Shown here one piece after another: positions 9,909 to 20,411 of a stretch of DNA of 64,000 nt. The first letter of the stretch is position 1. The number at the start of each line of letters is the position of its first letter. A program made the translations under genes and the position numbers. Source of the DNA: an uncultured delta proteobacterium (lineage in GTDB: Bacteria > Desulfobacterota > Binatia > UBA9968); contig CAVSLC010000023.1 in assembly GCA_963728565.1 (NCBI GenBank), positions 256,001 through 320,000 of the forward strand, written 5' to 3'. The notes under the pieces are model-generated. The model saw only the letters and a list, made by a program, of their open reading frames with translations. It was not told the origin of the DNA and ran no database searches.

Positions 9909-10547
9909 ATGAAGATTAGAGCTGTTGCCAGGCAGATGATCTTCTCGCTGATATCGACGGTATTCGTAGCCCTCTTACCGGATTCACTATTTGCCCATTG
10001 CGACGGGCTCGATGGTCCCGTTGTGAACGCTGCCCAGAAGGCGTTGGAAACGGGAAAGGTCGATCCTGTGCTTATCTGGGTACCGAAAGAGGCTGAGGAA
10101 GAAATAAAGAACGGCTTTAAGAAGACGTTGGCGGTGCGCAAACTAAACCCGCAGGCTAAGGAGCTTGCAGATATGTATTTTTTTGAGACCTTGGTTCGTA
10201 TTCACCGGGCTGGTGAGGGAGAACCCTATACGGGTCTCAAACCAGCCGGACGCGATCTCGGGCCGGCCATTCCGGCAGCAGATGAAGCTTTGAAAAACAG
10301 TGAGCTAGAGCCGCTGCTGAAGCTGTTGACCCAAGAGGTACAGACTGGGATTCGACACAAGTTTGAAAATGTTCTGGCCAAGAAAGACTATGAAGCAGAC
10401 AACGTGCAGGCGGGCCGAGAGTATGTCGAGGCTTACGTTCTCTTTCTCGAACATGTCGAGCGGATCTTTGCCGCTGCGAAAAGCCCTGCGCGCGGTCACT
10501 TAGAAGAATTCGGCAAACCTGGATCGCATAAAGAAGAAAAGCGATGA
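9909..10547 (+). CDS. DUF6448-like secreted protein
   Basis: Signal peptide followed by AHCDGLDGPVV; YFFETLVRIHRAGEGEPYTGLKP; GREYVEAYV. Confidence 0.75.
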   Translation: MKIRAVARQMIFSLISTVFVALLPDSLFAHCDGLDGPVVNAAQKALETGKVDPVLIWVPKEAEEEIKNGFKKTLAVRKLNPQAKELADMYFFETLVRIHRAGEGEPYTGLKPAGRDLGPAIPAADEALKNSELEPLLKLLTQEVQTGIRHKFENVLAKKDYEADNVQAGREYVEAYVLFLEHVERIFAAAKSPARGHLEEFGKPGSHKEEKR

Positions 10548-10940
10548 ACAGGAAGGCCACGTGGCAACGCAAGCTGGCGGGCGGGTAGCGAAGCCGCCCA
10601 GGCGGTAGCCAAAGTTCTGCACGAGCATTTCCTCAAGGAGGAAGAATTCGCGCTGCCACCGCTTGGACTGTTATGCGCCTTGGCCCGCGGCCAGGTCGAT
10701 GAGGATATTAAAACGTCCTTCCTGTGATTGATCGACTGAAAGCAGAGCTACCGCAAATGCTCGAAGAGCATCAAGCTGCGGTTGCGGCGCTGAAAACGTT
10801 GATCACCGCAGCGGAGGCGGACAACAAACCAGAGCATGCGGTTTGCCGGAGAGTGATGTTACATGCGCAGACTGAAGAGGAAGTGCTTTATCCCGCGGCG
10901 ATATTAATTGGAGAATATGTAAACTCAGGCTTGAAGAGGC
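10544..10940 (+). pseudogene. Hemerythrin-like (HHE) domain protein, disrupted
   Basis: Fragments in different frames: AVAKVLHEHFLKEEEFALPPLGLL, LKAELPQMLEEH and LHAQTEEEVLYPAAILIGEY; N-terminus appears deleted. Confidence 0.7.
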
Positions 10941-11039
10941 TTCTCCACGCGGTTGACCCTACTCTCCGCGCTTACCGGCTTCTAGGAACCCATCTGCTCT
11001 CCTGGCCGACCAGGAGGGTACTATTGACCGGTCACTGAG

Positions 11040-12806
11040 TTAGGAAGCAACCGTGCGCGGAAGCCACACACGAAAGGTCGTTCCGACGCCCACCTGGCTT
11101 TCGACCGATATTTGACCGCCGTGCGCCTCCGCTATCATTTTACAGATGAGCAAACCGAGTCCTGTGCCTTTTTCAGTTGATGATTCGGAACTAGCCGTTT
11201 GACCATATAATGAGAACAGCGTGCTGCATTCCGTCGCGGCGATTCCGATCCCGCTATCTGTAACCCACAAATCGATCCCGCCGTCTGCTTGTCGTGCTCC
11301 AATCCCAATTTCACCGTGCGGATTGGTGAATTTCAAGGCATTGCTGAGTAGATTATCCAAAAGCTGGTGCAGCTTTTTACGATCGGCGATGATCGAGCCA
11401 ATCCCCGGTTCCACGTCAACATGAAAAGCTATCTTCTTCTGCTGAGTTCGCCAAGTGTATTGACTCTCCACCTGCTTTAAGAGGTCGTATAACTCAAATG
11501 GTTCCTTCTCTAGTTCCAAGTACCCTGCTCCATATTTGGAGAAATCCAAGAACTCGTTGAGCATTTGCGTCAATTCATCACAGCCGTGTCGGATCATGTC
11601 GGTGAAGACTTGTTCATTCTGTTTCGGCTGTCCCGGCTTAGCCAGCAATGATGCCCCGCAGTAGATTGTGTGGAGAGCGTTGCGGAAATCGTGCGCGATC
11701 ATCGCCGCAAAGTCCGCTTGCCGGCCGCTTGCTTTGTGAAGCGCCCCGCGCATTTCGTTGATCACCTGATCGAACTGGCCGGCTGTTTTCGCAAGCTCAG
11801 CTGCCGACCGCGGAGCTTGGTTATATTCACCATCGCCAAGTGCGCGAGCGGCAACAATCAATTTCTCTAATCTACGACGTATCAAAAGATGAGCGCCTAA
11901 CCAGGTGCCTGCGGCAGCCAGAAGCGAAGCGACCATAAAAACCACTAAACTGTTGTAGAAGATTCGCTTTGAATTGGCGAAAGCAACTTCAGTAGGTATT
12001 CCAACGCTCACAAATAGAGCGCCAGTGTTCGACAGGCGATGAAGCGTCGTAAATCCGAATAAACGCCGCACTCCGTCCGGACCCTCGGCCTCAGTGAATC
12101 CTTCTTTTCGTTCCAAAATTGTTTCCACCAGGGAAGGATTGACGGTTGACGTAGAGGGCCATTGCTTTTGTTCCGGATAGCGAGCAAAGACAACCCCTTT
12201 CTGATCGAGCGCCAGAAGAGTGGCGTGGTCCGGCAGTTGCGCGGTGGCGACGATGTTGTTCAGCCAGGTTAAATCCAACCCGACGAAAACCACCGAGTGA
12301 ACAGGACCATCAGGATCAAAAGACGGGTAGGCCAAGGTTATGTTCGGCTTGCCGGACATCCTTCCTACCAGCACGTGGCTGATCCCAAGGCGCCGCTCGT
12401 TAAGCGCCTCCTGAAAATAGCCGCGGTCGGCGACGTTTGCATTACTAGGGTTCGGTAGACCGCTGCAGAAGATATCGCCTTTTGGACTCACTGCGGCAAT
12501 ATTTGTGTAATAGGGAAATTTCTTCATTATCCCGGAGAAAAGCTGGGCGCACTTGGCCGGTTTCCGTTCCCGCACTTCTGGAAGCTGCGCCAAGGTTATC
12601 AGCAGGTGATGGGCGCCACTGATCAGTATTTCTTGTTCCCTTGCCGAAAGTCGCGCGATCCGAAGCGCAGCCTCTTGAGCTTGGAGGCGCGCCTGGCGCT
12701 GCTGCTCTGAGACCGCATACAAGATGACCCCGATCATGCTTGGAAAAATGACTAAGAGGACCAGAAGCATCAGGGAGTTCCGGACTTTCTTGAAGTGGAT
12801 GTGCAT
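11040..12806 (-). CDS. Sensor histidine kinase (dCache sensor, HAMP-like linker, HisKA, HATPase)
   Basis: Two TM helices flanking a Cache-like domain (VADRGYFQ); AHDFRN, NLLSNALKF, DSGIGI, GTGLGL. Confidence 0.93.
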   Translation of the reverse strand: MHIHFKKVRNSLMLLVLLVIFPSMIGVILYAVSEQQRQARLQAQEAALRIARLSAREQEILISGAHHLLITLAQLPEVRERKPAKCAQLFSGIMKKFPYYTNIAAVSPKGDIFCSGLPNPSNANVADRGYFQEALNERRLGISHVLVGRMSGKPNITLAYPSFDPDGPVHSVVFVGLDLTWLNNIVATAQLPDHATLLALDQKGVVFARYPEQKQWPSTSTVNPSLVETILERKEGFTEAEGPDGVRRLFGFTTLHRLSNTGALFVSVGIPTEVAFANSKRIFYNSLVVFMVASLLAAAGTWLGAHLLIRRRLEKLIVAARALGDGEYNQAPRSAAELAKTAGQFDQVINEMRGALHKASGRQADFAAMIAHDFRNALHTIYCGASLLAKPGQPKQNEQVFTDMIRHGCDELTQMLNEFLDFSKYGAGYLELEKEPFELYDLLKQVESQYTWRTQQKKIAFHVDVEPGIGSIIADRKKLHQLLDNLLSNALKFTNPHGEIGIGARQADGGIDLWVTDSGIGIAATECSTLFSLYGQTASSESSTEKGTGLGLLICKMIAEAHGGQISVESQVGVGTTFRVWLPRTVAS

Positions 12807-13149
12807 CGCAATGGACCTTTCTCGCCCACGTGTTTGATGATTTTATTCGGCAAAGACGAGCGTCCGCGTTTATGGCGCTGAATGTAGCCGAACATACAGG
12901 GACCTCCGAGCACCGCCCAAGAACGCAAAGCAAAAGATGCTTGTGATTAGAGCACGACCAGAAGCCAATCTTTATTGCAAAAGTCTCTCCTAACTGTGCC
13001 AAGACGCGGATCGGGGAAAATAGGTTTTGAGGATGAGCAACTTCGAACTATTGCGGTTAAGCTATTGCGGCTTCTTCTCATTGCTGCGAATCAATCCGGT
13101 CAAATTTCGCGCGCCCGCAAAGAAAGCGGTTCTATCGTGCGCGAGCTAG

Positions 13150-13165
13150 TGGCACGGGCTGTGCG
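13150..13165 (+). promoter_or_regulatory. Putative sigma54 promoter for DUF4405-glgP-P-type ATPase
   Basis: TGGCACGGGCTGTGCG (GG-N10-GC) just upstream of ATG 13180. Confidence 0.6.
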
Positions 13166-13179
13166 ACAATGAACCGATT

Positions 13180-13524
13180 ATGGCTACATCACATGCAGTC
13201 AATTATCGAACGTATGCGCGTGCTGTGATTGCCATAGCCATGATGATCGTCTGGAGTCTGGTTGCCGTCTCCGGAGTTTTGCTCTGGCTAGCTCCACATG
13301 GACCGCGTTCCGGCTATCGATTGTTGCTCTTGGATTTAACCAAACGGGAATGGGGTGAGTTGCACACGTGGTTCAGCTTCATTGCCATTGCGATCACAGC
13401 CGCGCACCTGATCATCGATTGGCGTGGCCTGTGTGGCTGTATGAAATATCTCGCCAGTGGGCATCGGCGCGGCGCCGCTGCGAGTCACGAGGCACCAAGC
13501 GCCGGTGCAGGGGTTGAGGTCTGA
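13180..13524 (+). CDS. DUF4405-family small membrane protein (cytochrome b-like)
   Basis: SGVLLWLAP...[12 protein letters not shown]...AHLIIDW pattern with two His in TM helices. Confidence 0.7.
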   Translation: MATSHAVNYRTYARAVIAIAMMIVWSLVAVSGVLLWLAPHGPRSGYRLLLLDLTKREWGELHTWFSFIAIAITAAHLIIDWRGLCGCMKYLASGHRRGAAASHEAPSAGAGVEV

Positions 13525-13528
13525 CCTG

Positions 13529-15223
13529 GTGGCAAACGTTAGAGAGCGCGCAATTGCCTATTTTTCCATGGAGATCGGTCTCGTGACGGGGATGCCCACC
13601 TACAGCGGTGGGCTAGGCGTGCTCGCCGGCGACACCATTCGCGCAGCCGCCGACCTTAAGGTTCCGATGATTGCCGTTACCTTGCTTCACCGCAAGGGCT
13701 ATTTTCACCAGCGGCTGGACAGTCTCGGCCATCAGATCGAGGATCCGGTGAATTGGGCCGTGGATGATTTTCTTACGGAGTTGCCGCAGCGCGTTTCTGT
13801 GACGATCGAGAGCCGTGCGGTATATGTCCGGGCGTGGAAGTACAACTGCGCAGGTCCGGGGGGTTTCTCGGTGCCTGTCTATTTTCTTGACAGCGATTTG
13901 CCGGAGAATTCCGAGTGGGATCGGACGCTGACCGATTATCTATACGGCGGCGATCTGCATTACCGGCTCTGTCAGGAAGTTATCCTCGGTATCGGTGGGG
14001 TGCGCATGCTGCGGGCCTTGGGAGAACTTGAGATGGCACGCTACCATATGAACGAGGGCCATTCGAGTTTGCTTGCGCTTGAACTTTTGGATGAAGAAGC
14101 GCGGCGCGCTGGCAGGCCGTCGCCGAACCATGACGACGTGCAAACCGTCCGCGAAAAATGCGTCTTCACCACGCATACGCCCGTGGCTGCAGGACACGAT
14201 CAGTTTCCGATCGCGTTAGTGCATCGGATCCTCGGCAGAAAAGAGGTCGAGGATATGAAAGACGTCTTCTGCTGCGGCGACGTTTTGAATATGACTTTTT
14301 TGGCGCTCAACTTAAGCCATTACGTCAACGGTGTCGCCAAGAAGCACGGCGAGATTACCCGGCTGATGTTCGCCGACTACAATATCGACGCGATCACCAA
14401 TGGCGTTCACGCGGCCAGTTGGGCGGCTAAGCCGTTCGCCGAGCTTTATGACCGCTACATTCCCGGCTGGCAGCAGGACAGCTTTAGCCTTCGCTATGCG
14501 TTGAGCATTCCGAAGCACGAACTTGGGCAAGCCCACGCCGCTGCCAAGAAGCAGTTGCTCCATGTCGTCAATCTGGAAACGAATGCCGGCATGGATCTTG
14601 ACGTCTTCACTCTCGGTTTTGCGCGGCGCGCGGCGACATACAAACGCGCCGATCTGTTGTTTACCGATACCGCCCGTCTCACCGCTATCGCGACACAGCA
14701 TGGCGGGCTGCAAATTGTGTACGCCGGAAAAGCCCATCCTCGAGACGAAGCCGGAAAAGAGCAAATCCGGCGAATCTTTCAAGCCCGAGACCTGTTACGC
14801 GACAAGATCAAGATCGCCTACCTCAGTAACTACAGTATGGAAATGGGCAAGATGATGACCTCAGGGGTAGATCTCTGGCTCAACACGCCGCAGCCGCCGA
14901 TGGAAGCGTCCGGCACGAGCGGCATGAAAGCGGCGGTCAATGGCGTGCCGAGCCTCAGTGTGCTTGATGGTTGGTGGATCGAAGGATGCATCGAAGGTGT
15001 CACCGGTTGGTCGATTGGGCCGCCGGACGGAACGGCAGGTGCGGCAGATCATGATCGGGACGCAACTTCACTTTACGACAAACTGGACCAAATTATCCTC
15101 CCGTTATATCAGCACAAGCCCGATGGGTACCTGGACGTGATGCGTCACGCAATCGCGCTCAACGGCTCGTTCTTCAACACCCATCGGATGCTCCAACAGT
15201 ATGTGTTGAAGGCATACTTCTGA
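13529..15223 (+). CDS. glgP: Alpha-glucan (glycogen) phosphorylase
   Basis: [25 protein letters not shown], and the PLP-lysine motif [10 protein letters not shown]; GTG start inferred. Confidence 0.95.
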   Translation: MANVRERAIAYFSMEIGLVTGMPTYSGGLGVLAGDTIRAAADLKVPMIAVTLLHRKGYFHQRLDSLGHQIEDPVNWAVDDFLTELPQRVSVTIESRAVYVRAWKYNCAGPGGFSVPVYFLDSDLPENSEWDRTLTDYLYGGDLHYRLCQEVILGIGGVRMLRALGELEMARYHMNEGHSSLLALELLDEEARRAGRPSPNHDDVQTVREKCVFTTHTPVAAGHDQFPIALVHRILGRKEVEDMKDVFCCGDVLNMTFLALNLSHYVNGVAKKHGEITRLMFADYNIDAITNGVHAASWAAKPFAELYDRYIPGWQQDSFSLRYALSIPKHELGQAHAAAKKQLLHVVNLETNAGMDLDVFTLGFARRAATYKRADLLFTDTARLTAIATQHGGLQIVYAGKAHPRDEAGKEQIRRIFQARDLLRDKIKIAYLSNYSMEMGKMMTSGVDLWLNTPQPPMEASGTSGMKAAVNGVPSLSVLDGWWIEGCIEGVTGWSIGPPDGTAGAADHDRDATSLYDKLDQIILPLYQHKPDGYLDVMRHAIALNGSFFNTHRMLQQYVLKAYF

Positions 15224-15236
15224 TCCCAATGAGTCG

Positions 15237-17936
15237 ATGACTCGCGACAAAGCATGGTACCGCTCGAGCCTGCCCGAAGTATTCGAAGCGTTGGGCAGCA
15301 ACGCGGACTCCGGGTTGAGCAGCGACGAGGCGAAACGGCGCCTGCTCGAATATGGACCCAATGAGCTGCAGCGCGCCCACCGCGTATCGGTCTGGGAAGT
15401 CTTCGCAGCGCAATTCAAGAATCTTTTGATCGTTATCCTGCTAGTGGCGGTCGTCTTGTCGGCTATTCTCGGCCAAGTGATCGAAGCGGTGGCGATCGGC
15501 GTGATCATCCTCTTTGCCGCGTTGCTCGGGTTCTATCAAGAGTATCGGGCCGAGCGCGCGCTCGAAGCTTTGCAAGAAATGGCCGCACCTACCGCGGCGG
15601 TGCTTCGAGATCGTCAAGAGTTAAATATCCCGGCGCGCCATGTCGTGCCGGGAGACGTCGTCTACCTGCGCAGCGGCGACAAGATCGCAGCCGATGGTCG
15701 CCTGTTCGAGGCTGTCAACCTGCAAGTCGACGAGGCTGCGCTCACCGGAGAATCCGTGCCCGTGGAAAAGCAGACGCTGGCGCTGCCCGAGGGAGAACTG
15801 GCCGTCGCGGATCGAACCAACATGGTTTATGCCGGCACGATTGTCACCTACGGGCGGGGCCGCGCCGTGATCGCGGCGACCGCCATGGCCACTGAGTTCG
15901 GCCGGATTGCAGAGTCGCTCCAGTCAGTGGTGCCGAGCAAGACACCGCTGCAGGAGAATCTGGCGAGAGTCGCCAAGGTTCTTGCTCGCATCGCTCTGGC
16001 CATCGTCGTCGTGATTGTCGGCGTGGGCCTGCTTCGCGGCCAGGCTTTGTTGGAGATGGTCATCTTTGGCATTGCCCTGGCAGTGGCGATTGTTCCCGAG
16101 GCATTGCCCGCGGTCGTCACTATCTCGCTCGCGCTCGGCGTGCAACGCATGGCGCGGCGCAACGCTCTGGTGCGCCGTCTTCCGGCGGTGGAGACTCTCG
16201 GTAGCGTGTCGGTGATCTGTTCGGACAAGACCGGCACGCTGACGAAAGATGAGATGACGGTACGTAAGATTCTGGTTTCAGGAAAGCTGCTGGACGTGTC
16301 GGGGGCCGGATATGAACCTGAAGGCGTCTTTACACACCAGGGCCAGAGGGTCGAGCCGAGCGGCGCGCTGGCGGTGTTGTTGCAAGCCGCGGCGCTGGCC
16401 TCCGATGCGCGTCTATTGAGGCCCGAGGGTAACATGGGTGAAGAGGGTGCGTTGCCATGGCGGATCAAAGGCGATCCGACCGAAGGAGCTTTGATTGTCG
16501 CCGGCGCCAAGGCCGGATTGGACAAATCCCGGCTCGACGAAAATTTCCCGCGCATCAACGAGATCCCGTTTACTTCCGAGACTAAACGTATGACCACGCT
16601 GCACGGCACCAAGAACGGTCACGTTGCCTACGCCAAAGGAGCGCCTGAGGTGATTCTGCGGTCTTGTTCTGCGGCGCTGCACGATGGCGGCATCGTGCCG
16701 CTCGACACGTCGGTTCGAGAGATGATCCTGGCTGCTGCGCACGGCATGGCCGAGCACGCCTTACGAGTGCTCGCGGTGGCCTATAAGCCTGGCGCAAGGA
16801 TCGAGGACGCGGAGCATGACATGATCTTTCTCGGCATGTTCGGCATGATCGATCCGCCGCGTCCCGAAGCCAAGGACGCCATTGGTGTGTGCATCCGCGC
16901 AGGCATCCGACCGATGATGATTACCGGCGATCACCCGACGACGGCCGCGGCGGTAGCGCGGGAGTTGGGATTAATAACGACCCAAGCCGTCGTGACCGGT
17001 GCCGATCTCGATCGCATGGACGACGAAGATTTTGCCCGCGGAGTAGAAAATATCGCAGTTTATGCCCGGGTATCCCCAGCGCATAAACTGCGCATCGTCA
17101 CGGCACTGCAAGAAAGAGGCGATCGAGTCGCCATGACCGGCGACGGAATCAACGATGCGCCTGCGCTGCGCAAGGCCGATATCGGCATCGCCATGGGCAT
17201 GAGCGGCACGGACGTAACCAAGGAAGCGGCGGCGATGACGCTTACCGACGACAACTTCGCGTCGATCGTCGCCGCGGTCGAAGAAGGCCGCGCCGTTTTC
17301 GAGAACATAAAAAAATATTTGATGTTTCTCCTGTCGTCGAACTTGGGCGAGATCGTCCTTCTGGCCGGCGCGTCGGCTATGGGCTGGCCTCTGCCGCTGA
17401 GCGCTGTGCAGATTCTCTATGTGAATCTCGCGACCGACGGTTTGCCGGCTTTGGCTCTCGCCGTCGATCCGCACGAACCGGGTCTCATGCATCGTCCGCC
17501 GCAAGATCCGCGCACGGGCCTCTTCACTCGGCCGGTGGTGACGCTGATGGTCGTCGGAGGTCTCTGGTCGGCGCTGGTGAATATGACCTTGTTTGGTTGG
17601 GCGCTTCACTCGGGACGAAGTCTGGCCCACGCCATGACAATCGTTTTCACCGGACTGGTGCTGATCGAATTCCTCAAAGCCTACAACTTCCGCTCGGACC
17701 GGCGCTCGGCGTTGATCCGACCTTTCGCCAACAAATGGCTCAATCGCGCGATCGCCTGGGAGTTCTCGCTGCTCGTGGCAGTCATCTATTTACCGTTTTT
17801 TGCGTTGGCGCTGGGCACCTTAAGTTTAGCTTGGATGGATTGGCTCGTGGTCACTGGCGCAGCACTGACGATTTTTCCGGTGCTCGAACTGGCGAAGTGG
17901 CTGGAGCGGCGCGGCTGGTTCGGCGCCCCGCTTTAG
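15237..17936 (+). CDS. Cation-translocating P-type ATPase (P2A, Ca2+-ATPase-like)
   Basis: TGES, PEAL, DKTGT, KGAPE, TGDGIND and NLATDG motifs. Confidence 0.95.
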   Translation: MTRDKAWYRSSLPEVFEALGSNADSGLSSDEAKRRLLEYGPNELQRAHRVSVWEVFAAQFKNLLIVILLVAVVLSAILGQVIEAVAIGVIILFAALLGFYQEYRAERALEALQEMAAPTAAVLRDRQELNIPARHVVPGDVVYLRSGDKIAADGRLFEAVNLQVDEAALTGESVPVEKQTLALPEGELAVADRTNMVYAGTIVTYGRGRAVIAATAMATEFGRIAESLQSVVPSKTPLQENLARVAKVLARIALAIVVVIVGVGLLRGQALLEMVIFGIALAVAIVPEALPAVVTISLALGVQRMARRNALVRRLPAVETLGSVSVICSDKTGTLTKDEMTVRKILVSGKLLDVSGAGYEPEGVFTHQGQRVEPSGALAVLLQAAALASDARLLRPEGNMGEEGALPWRIKGDPTEGALIVAGAKAGLDKSRLDENFPRINEIPFTSETKRMTTLHGTKNGHVAYAKGAPEVILRSCSAALHDGGIVPLDTSVREMILAAAHGMAEHALRVLAVAYKPGARIEDAEHDMIFLGMFGMIDPPRPEAKDAIGVCIRAGIRPMMITGDHPTTAAAVARELGLITTQAVVTGADLDRMDDEDFARGVENIAVYARVSPAHKLRIVTALQERGDRVAMTGDGINDAPALRKADIGIAMGMSGTDVTKEAAAMTLTDDNFASIVAAVEEGRAVFENIKKYLMFLLSSNLGEIVLLAGASAMGWPLPLSAVQILYVNLATDGLPALALAVDPHEPGLMHRPPQDPRTGLFTRPVVTLMVVGGLWSALVNMTLFGWALHSGRSLAHAMTIVFTGLVLIEFLKAYNFRSDRRSALIRPFANKWLNRAIAWEFSLLVAVIYLPFFALALGTLSLAWMDWLVVTGAALTIFPVLELAKWLERRGWFGAPL

Positions 17937-17947
17937 GGGAATCAGGG

Positions 17948-18079
17948 ATGATGCTTTGGCTGCAGTTTGCGGCAATGACGGCGGTGCTCGTTATCGCTGG
18001 GAGCAAACTTTCTAAGTACGGCGACATTGAAAAGCCCAAGCCTACGATAACCCTTGTATTAGCGCCCGGTCTTTCTTAG
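17948..18079 (+). pseudogene. Truncated N-terminus of a sodium:calcium antiporter-like protein
   Basis: MMLWLQFAAMTAVLVIAGSKLSKYGD resembles CaCA-family N-termini; similarity stops after about 27 codons. Confidence 0.55.
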
Positions 18080-18228
18080 TTCTTGGCTTCTGTCCCACAC
18101 GATTTCGATTATGCCGATTCTCTGAACGCCCCAGAACGCTTTTTCTCACAGCTGCAAATTTACGGGTTGCTTTTTGTCAAAATCGCCACCGAGCAACCCG
18201 TGGAGCTCAACCGATCTCTCCTTTTGAA

Positions 18229-18244
18229 TGGTATGCCGCTTGCT
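18229..18244 (+). promoter_or_regulatory. Putative sigma54 promoter
   Basis: TGGTATGCCGCTTGCT, about 60 nt upstream of ATG 18307. Confidence 0.7.
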
Positions 18245-18306
18245 CCCAAAAAAACTAAAAACTGCCGCCGCAAACTGCCCGGTGCAGGGCTGGAAGGAGC
18301 AGGTAT

Positions 18307-19260
18307 ATGTCTCGAAGCGAAAGACAGGGCGAAATTACGCCGGAGCAACTTAGGCATCGACAGATCCATAACTACTGGGCAGGAGACTTGAGTAGAAGAG
18401 TTTATCTACTGCGGCGGCAGAGAAAAGCCATTCTGGACAACTGCCGGCGGATCGCCGTGGTGGGTGCCAGCAGCGACCCCAACAGTCGGAGCTATCTCGC
18501 CATTGAGAGGCTGCTTGGCCTCGGCCTGGAAATCATTCCGATATTTACCGATCGCGAAAGCTTTCTTGGCTTGCGCTGTTTTCGAAGTTTGCGTGACGTT
18601 CCGGGCAAAATCGATATTGTGCAGATCTATCGCAACGGCGGTATCGAATTGGTCGAGCTGGCGCGCGCGGTCGTGGATAAAGGCGTGACCGCGTTTTGGA
18701 TCGAACAGGGAGTCGCGGGATCACGAGAGGTCGAGGATATTCTGGCTAACGGTCACGTCCAGCTGGTGGAGTACGAGAGTCTAGAAACCGAGTATATGAA
18801 ACATGTCCCCTTCCCAGCAGCGCCACTCTCTGTGGCTCGCAAGGACCGGAAGACGACTAAGGTTAAGGAAAGAATGTCTAAAAATCCTGCGACGGTGAAA
18901 CCGGATGACGGGCTCAAAGATGCGATCTGGAAAATGGAGCATGGCCACTTCCGCCACCTGCCGGTGGTGGATGAAAAGGACAAGCTGATCGGCATGCTGA
19001 CCGATCGCGACATTCGCCTGGTCCGGCCGTCACTTGCCTTCTTAAACAAGGAGGAAGCCGATGTGCAACTCTGGTCAATCGCGGTGCAACAAGCCGCCGT
19101 GTTCGATCCCGTCCGCGTCAAGCCGGAAAATTCGTTGAAGGAGGCGGCCGATCTGATGTTACGCTGGCATGTCGGCGGACTACCGGTGGTCGACGATCAT
19201 GAAAACGTCGTCGGCATGATCACGTATACGGACCTATTACGCGAGTTCGTGGGGCAGTAA
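18307..19260 (+). CDS. CoA-binding (YccU-like) domain fused to a CBS pair
   Basis: IAVVGASSDPNSRSY...SLRDVPGKIDIV...FWIEQG, followed by two CBS repeats. Confidence 0.85.
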   Translation: MSRSERQGEITPEQLRHRQIHNYWAGDLSRRVYLLRRQRKAILDNCRRIAVVGASSDPNSRSYLAIERLLGLGLEIIPIFTDRESFLGLRCFRSLRDVPGKIDIVQIYRNGGIELVELARAVVDKGVTAFWIEQGVAGSREVEDILANGHVQLVEYESLETEYMKHVPFPAAPLSVARKDRKTTKVKERMSKNPATVKPDDGLKDAIWKMEHGHFRHLPVVDEKDKLIGMLTDRDIRLVRPSLAFLNKEEADVQLWSIAVQQAAVFDPVRVKPENSLKEAADLMLRWHVGGLPVVDDHENVVGMITYTDLLREFVGQ

Positions 19261-19394
19261 GCCGTTGCGCAAGCGTACGCTTTTGGTTTGCGAGCGCACG
19301 GAGAATTCTTTTCAGTCTTTAGAATGAAAGCGGCCGCCTCTCCGAAAGAAGAGAAAGTGCTCGGTGGCCTCCGAGCAAGCCAGTCGATGCATCG

Positions 19395-19410
19395 TGGCAC
19401 TTCTCTTGCT
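19395..19410 (+). promoter_or_regulatory. Putative sigma54 promoter (near-perfect consensus)
   Basis: TGGCACTTCTCTTGCT, 45 nt upstream of ATG 19455. Confidence 0.8.
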
Positions 19411-19454
19411 CTTTTGGCGATTCATGGAAGTTGAACAAATGACAAGGGGGAAAC

Positions 19455-20171
19455 ATGTTCACTGACAAAATCGAGCTCAACGATTTAGATAAAATGGATG
19501 CGGAATATAAAGATCTACTCGGGCGCGTGTTGACGATCCAAGCCGACTGCGAGATCGGCGGACCGCACCTCTATGTAGAAACGATGCTGCCGGCGGCGCC
19601 CAGCAAGCTCGATCAACTGATCGTCGCGCGCACGGCGGCCGAGGAGATCGACCATTTCCGCAAAGTGGCGCGAGTGGCGGGGGATATGGGGGTCGAAGTT
19701 TCATTTGTGCTGAGCCAGCCCAACGAAAAGCGTTTCGTCGACTCCTTCCGTGGTCTCATCACAACCTGGGAAGACCATGCCGTCTTCGGCTTTTTGATCG
19801 ATCGGGTCGGGCGATACCAGCTTGAAGAATTCTATGACTGCAGTTATCTGCCGCTGCAGCGAATTCTTCCGGACATTGTCACAGAAGAACTGGGACACAT
19901 CGAATACGGTTACAACAAAACCCTTGAACTCATGTCCAAGGGTGACGAGCAAAAAGAGCGCGTCCAAAAGGCGATAGATTATTGGTACGTTCGCGCGCTG
20001 GACATGTTCGGTCGCAGCGAATCCAAACGCGCCGAGCGCTACCTTTATTGGGGACTAAAAAGACGCAGCAATGAGCAGGCTCGCGAAGACTACATCCGTG
20101 AAGTCAATCCGATCCTGCTGAGCTTGGGTCTCAAGGTTCCCGATCCGCTCGAAGGCCGCCGCTATATCTGA
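19455..20171 (+). CDS. PaaA/PaaC/BoxB-like ferritin-superfamily diiron protein
   Basis: QADCEIGG, AP..., EEIDH and EELGH (two ExxH), QKAIDYWYVRALDMFG, WGLKRRSNEQAR, LGLKVPD. Confidence 0.85.
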   Translation: MFTDKIELNDLDKMDAEYKDLLGRVLTIQADCEIGGPHLYVETMLPAAPSKLDQLIVARTAAEEIDHFRKVARVAGDMGVEVSFVLSQPNEKRFVDSFRGLITTWEDHAVFGFLIDRVGRYQLEEFYDCSYLPLQRILPDIVTEELGHIEYGYNKTLELMSKGDEQKERVQKAIDYWYVRALDMFGRSESKRAERYLYWGLKRRSNEQAREDYIREVNPILLSLGLKVPDPLEGRRYI

Positions 20172-20185
20172 CAAAGGAGAACCTT

Positions 20186-20377
20186 ATGCCGCAAGCAGCA
20201 CCTGATACGGAAAAGCTCGACGAGCATCTACTCGAAGTCGTCCGCGCCCTGCATGGGGCGGTGAAGCAGGGACTATCCCACATGAATGACGCCAAAGTGA
20301 TGGATAAAGCGATCGCTGATAGTAAAGAAATTCTCGATGTCATTATGGCGGGAGAGGTCAAGGCGTGGCTGAACTGA
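20186..20377 (+). CDS. Small hypothetical protein
   Basis: 63-aa ORF with AAGGAG RBS, inside the operon. Confidence 0.6.
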   Translation: MPQAAPDTEKLDEHLLEVVRALHGAVKQGLSHMNDAKVMDKAIADSKEILDVIMAGEVKAWLN

Positions 20378-20411
20378 GTTCGGCGGAAGTTCGGCGCGGA
20401 AGGAAATTTTT

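Noticed and set aside
12985-13002. Sigma54 promoter for the histidine kinase (minus strand TTGGCACAGTTAGGAG)
   Set aside because: The -24 box is good but GC is missing at -12.
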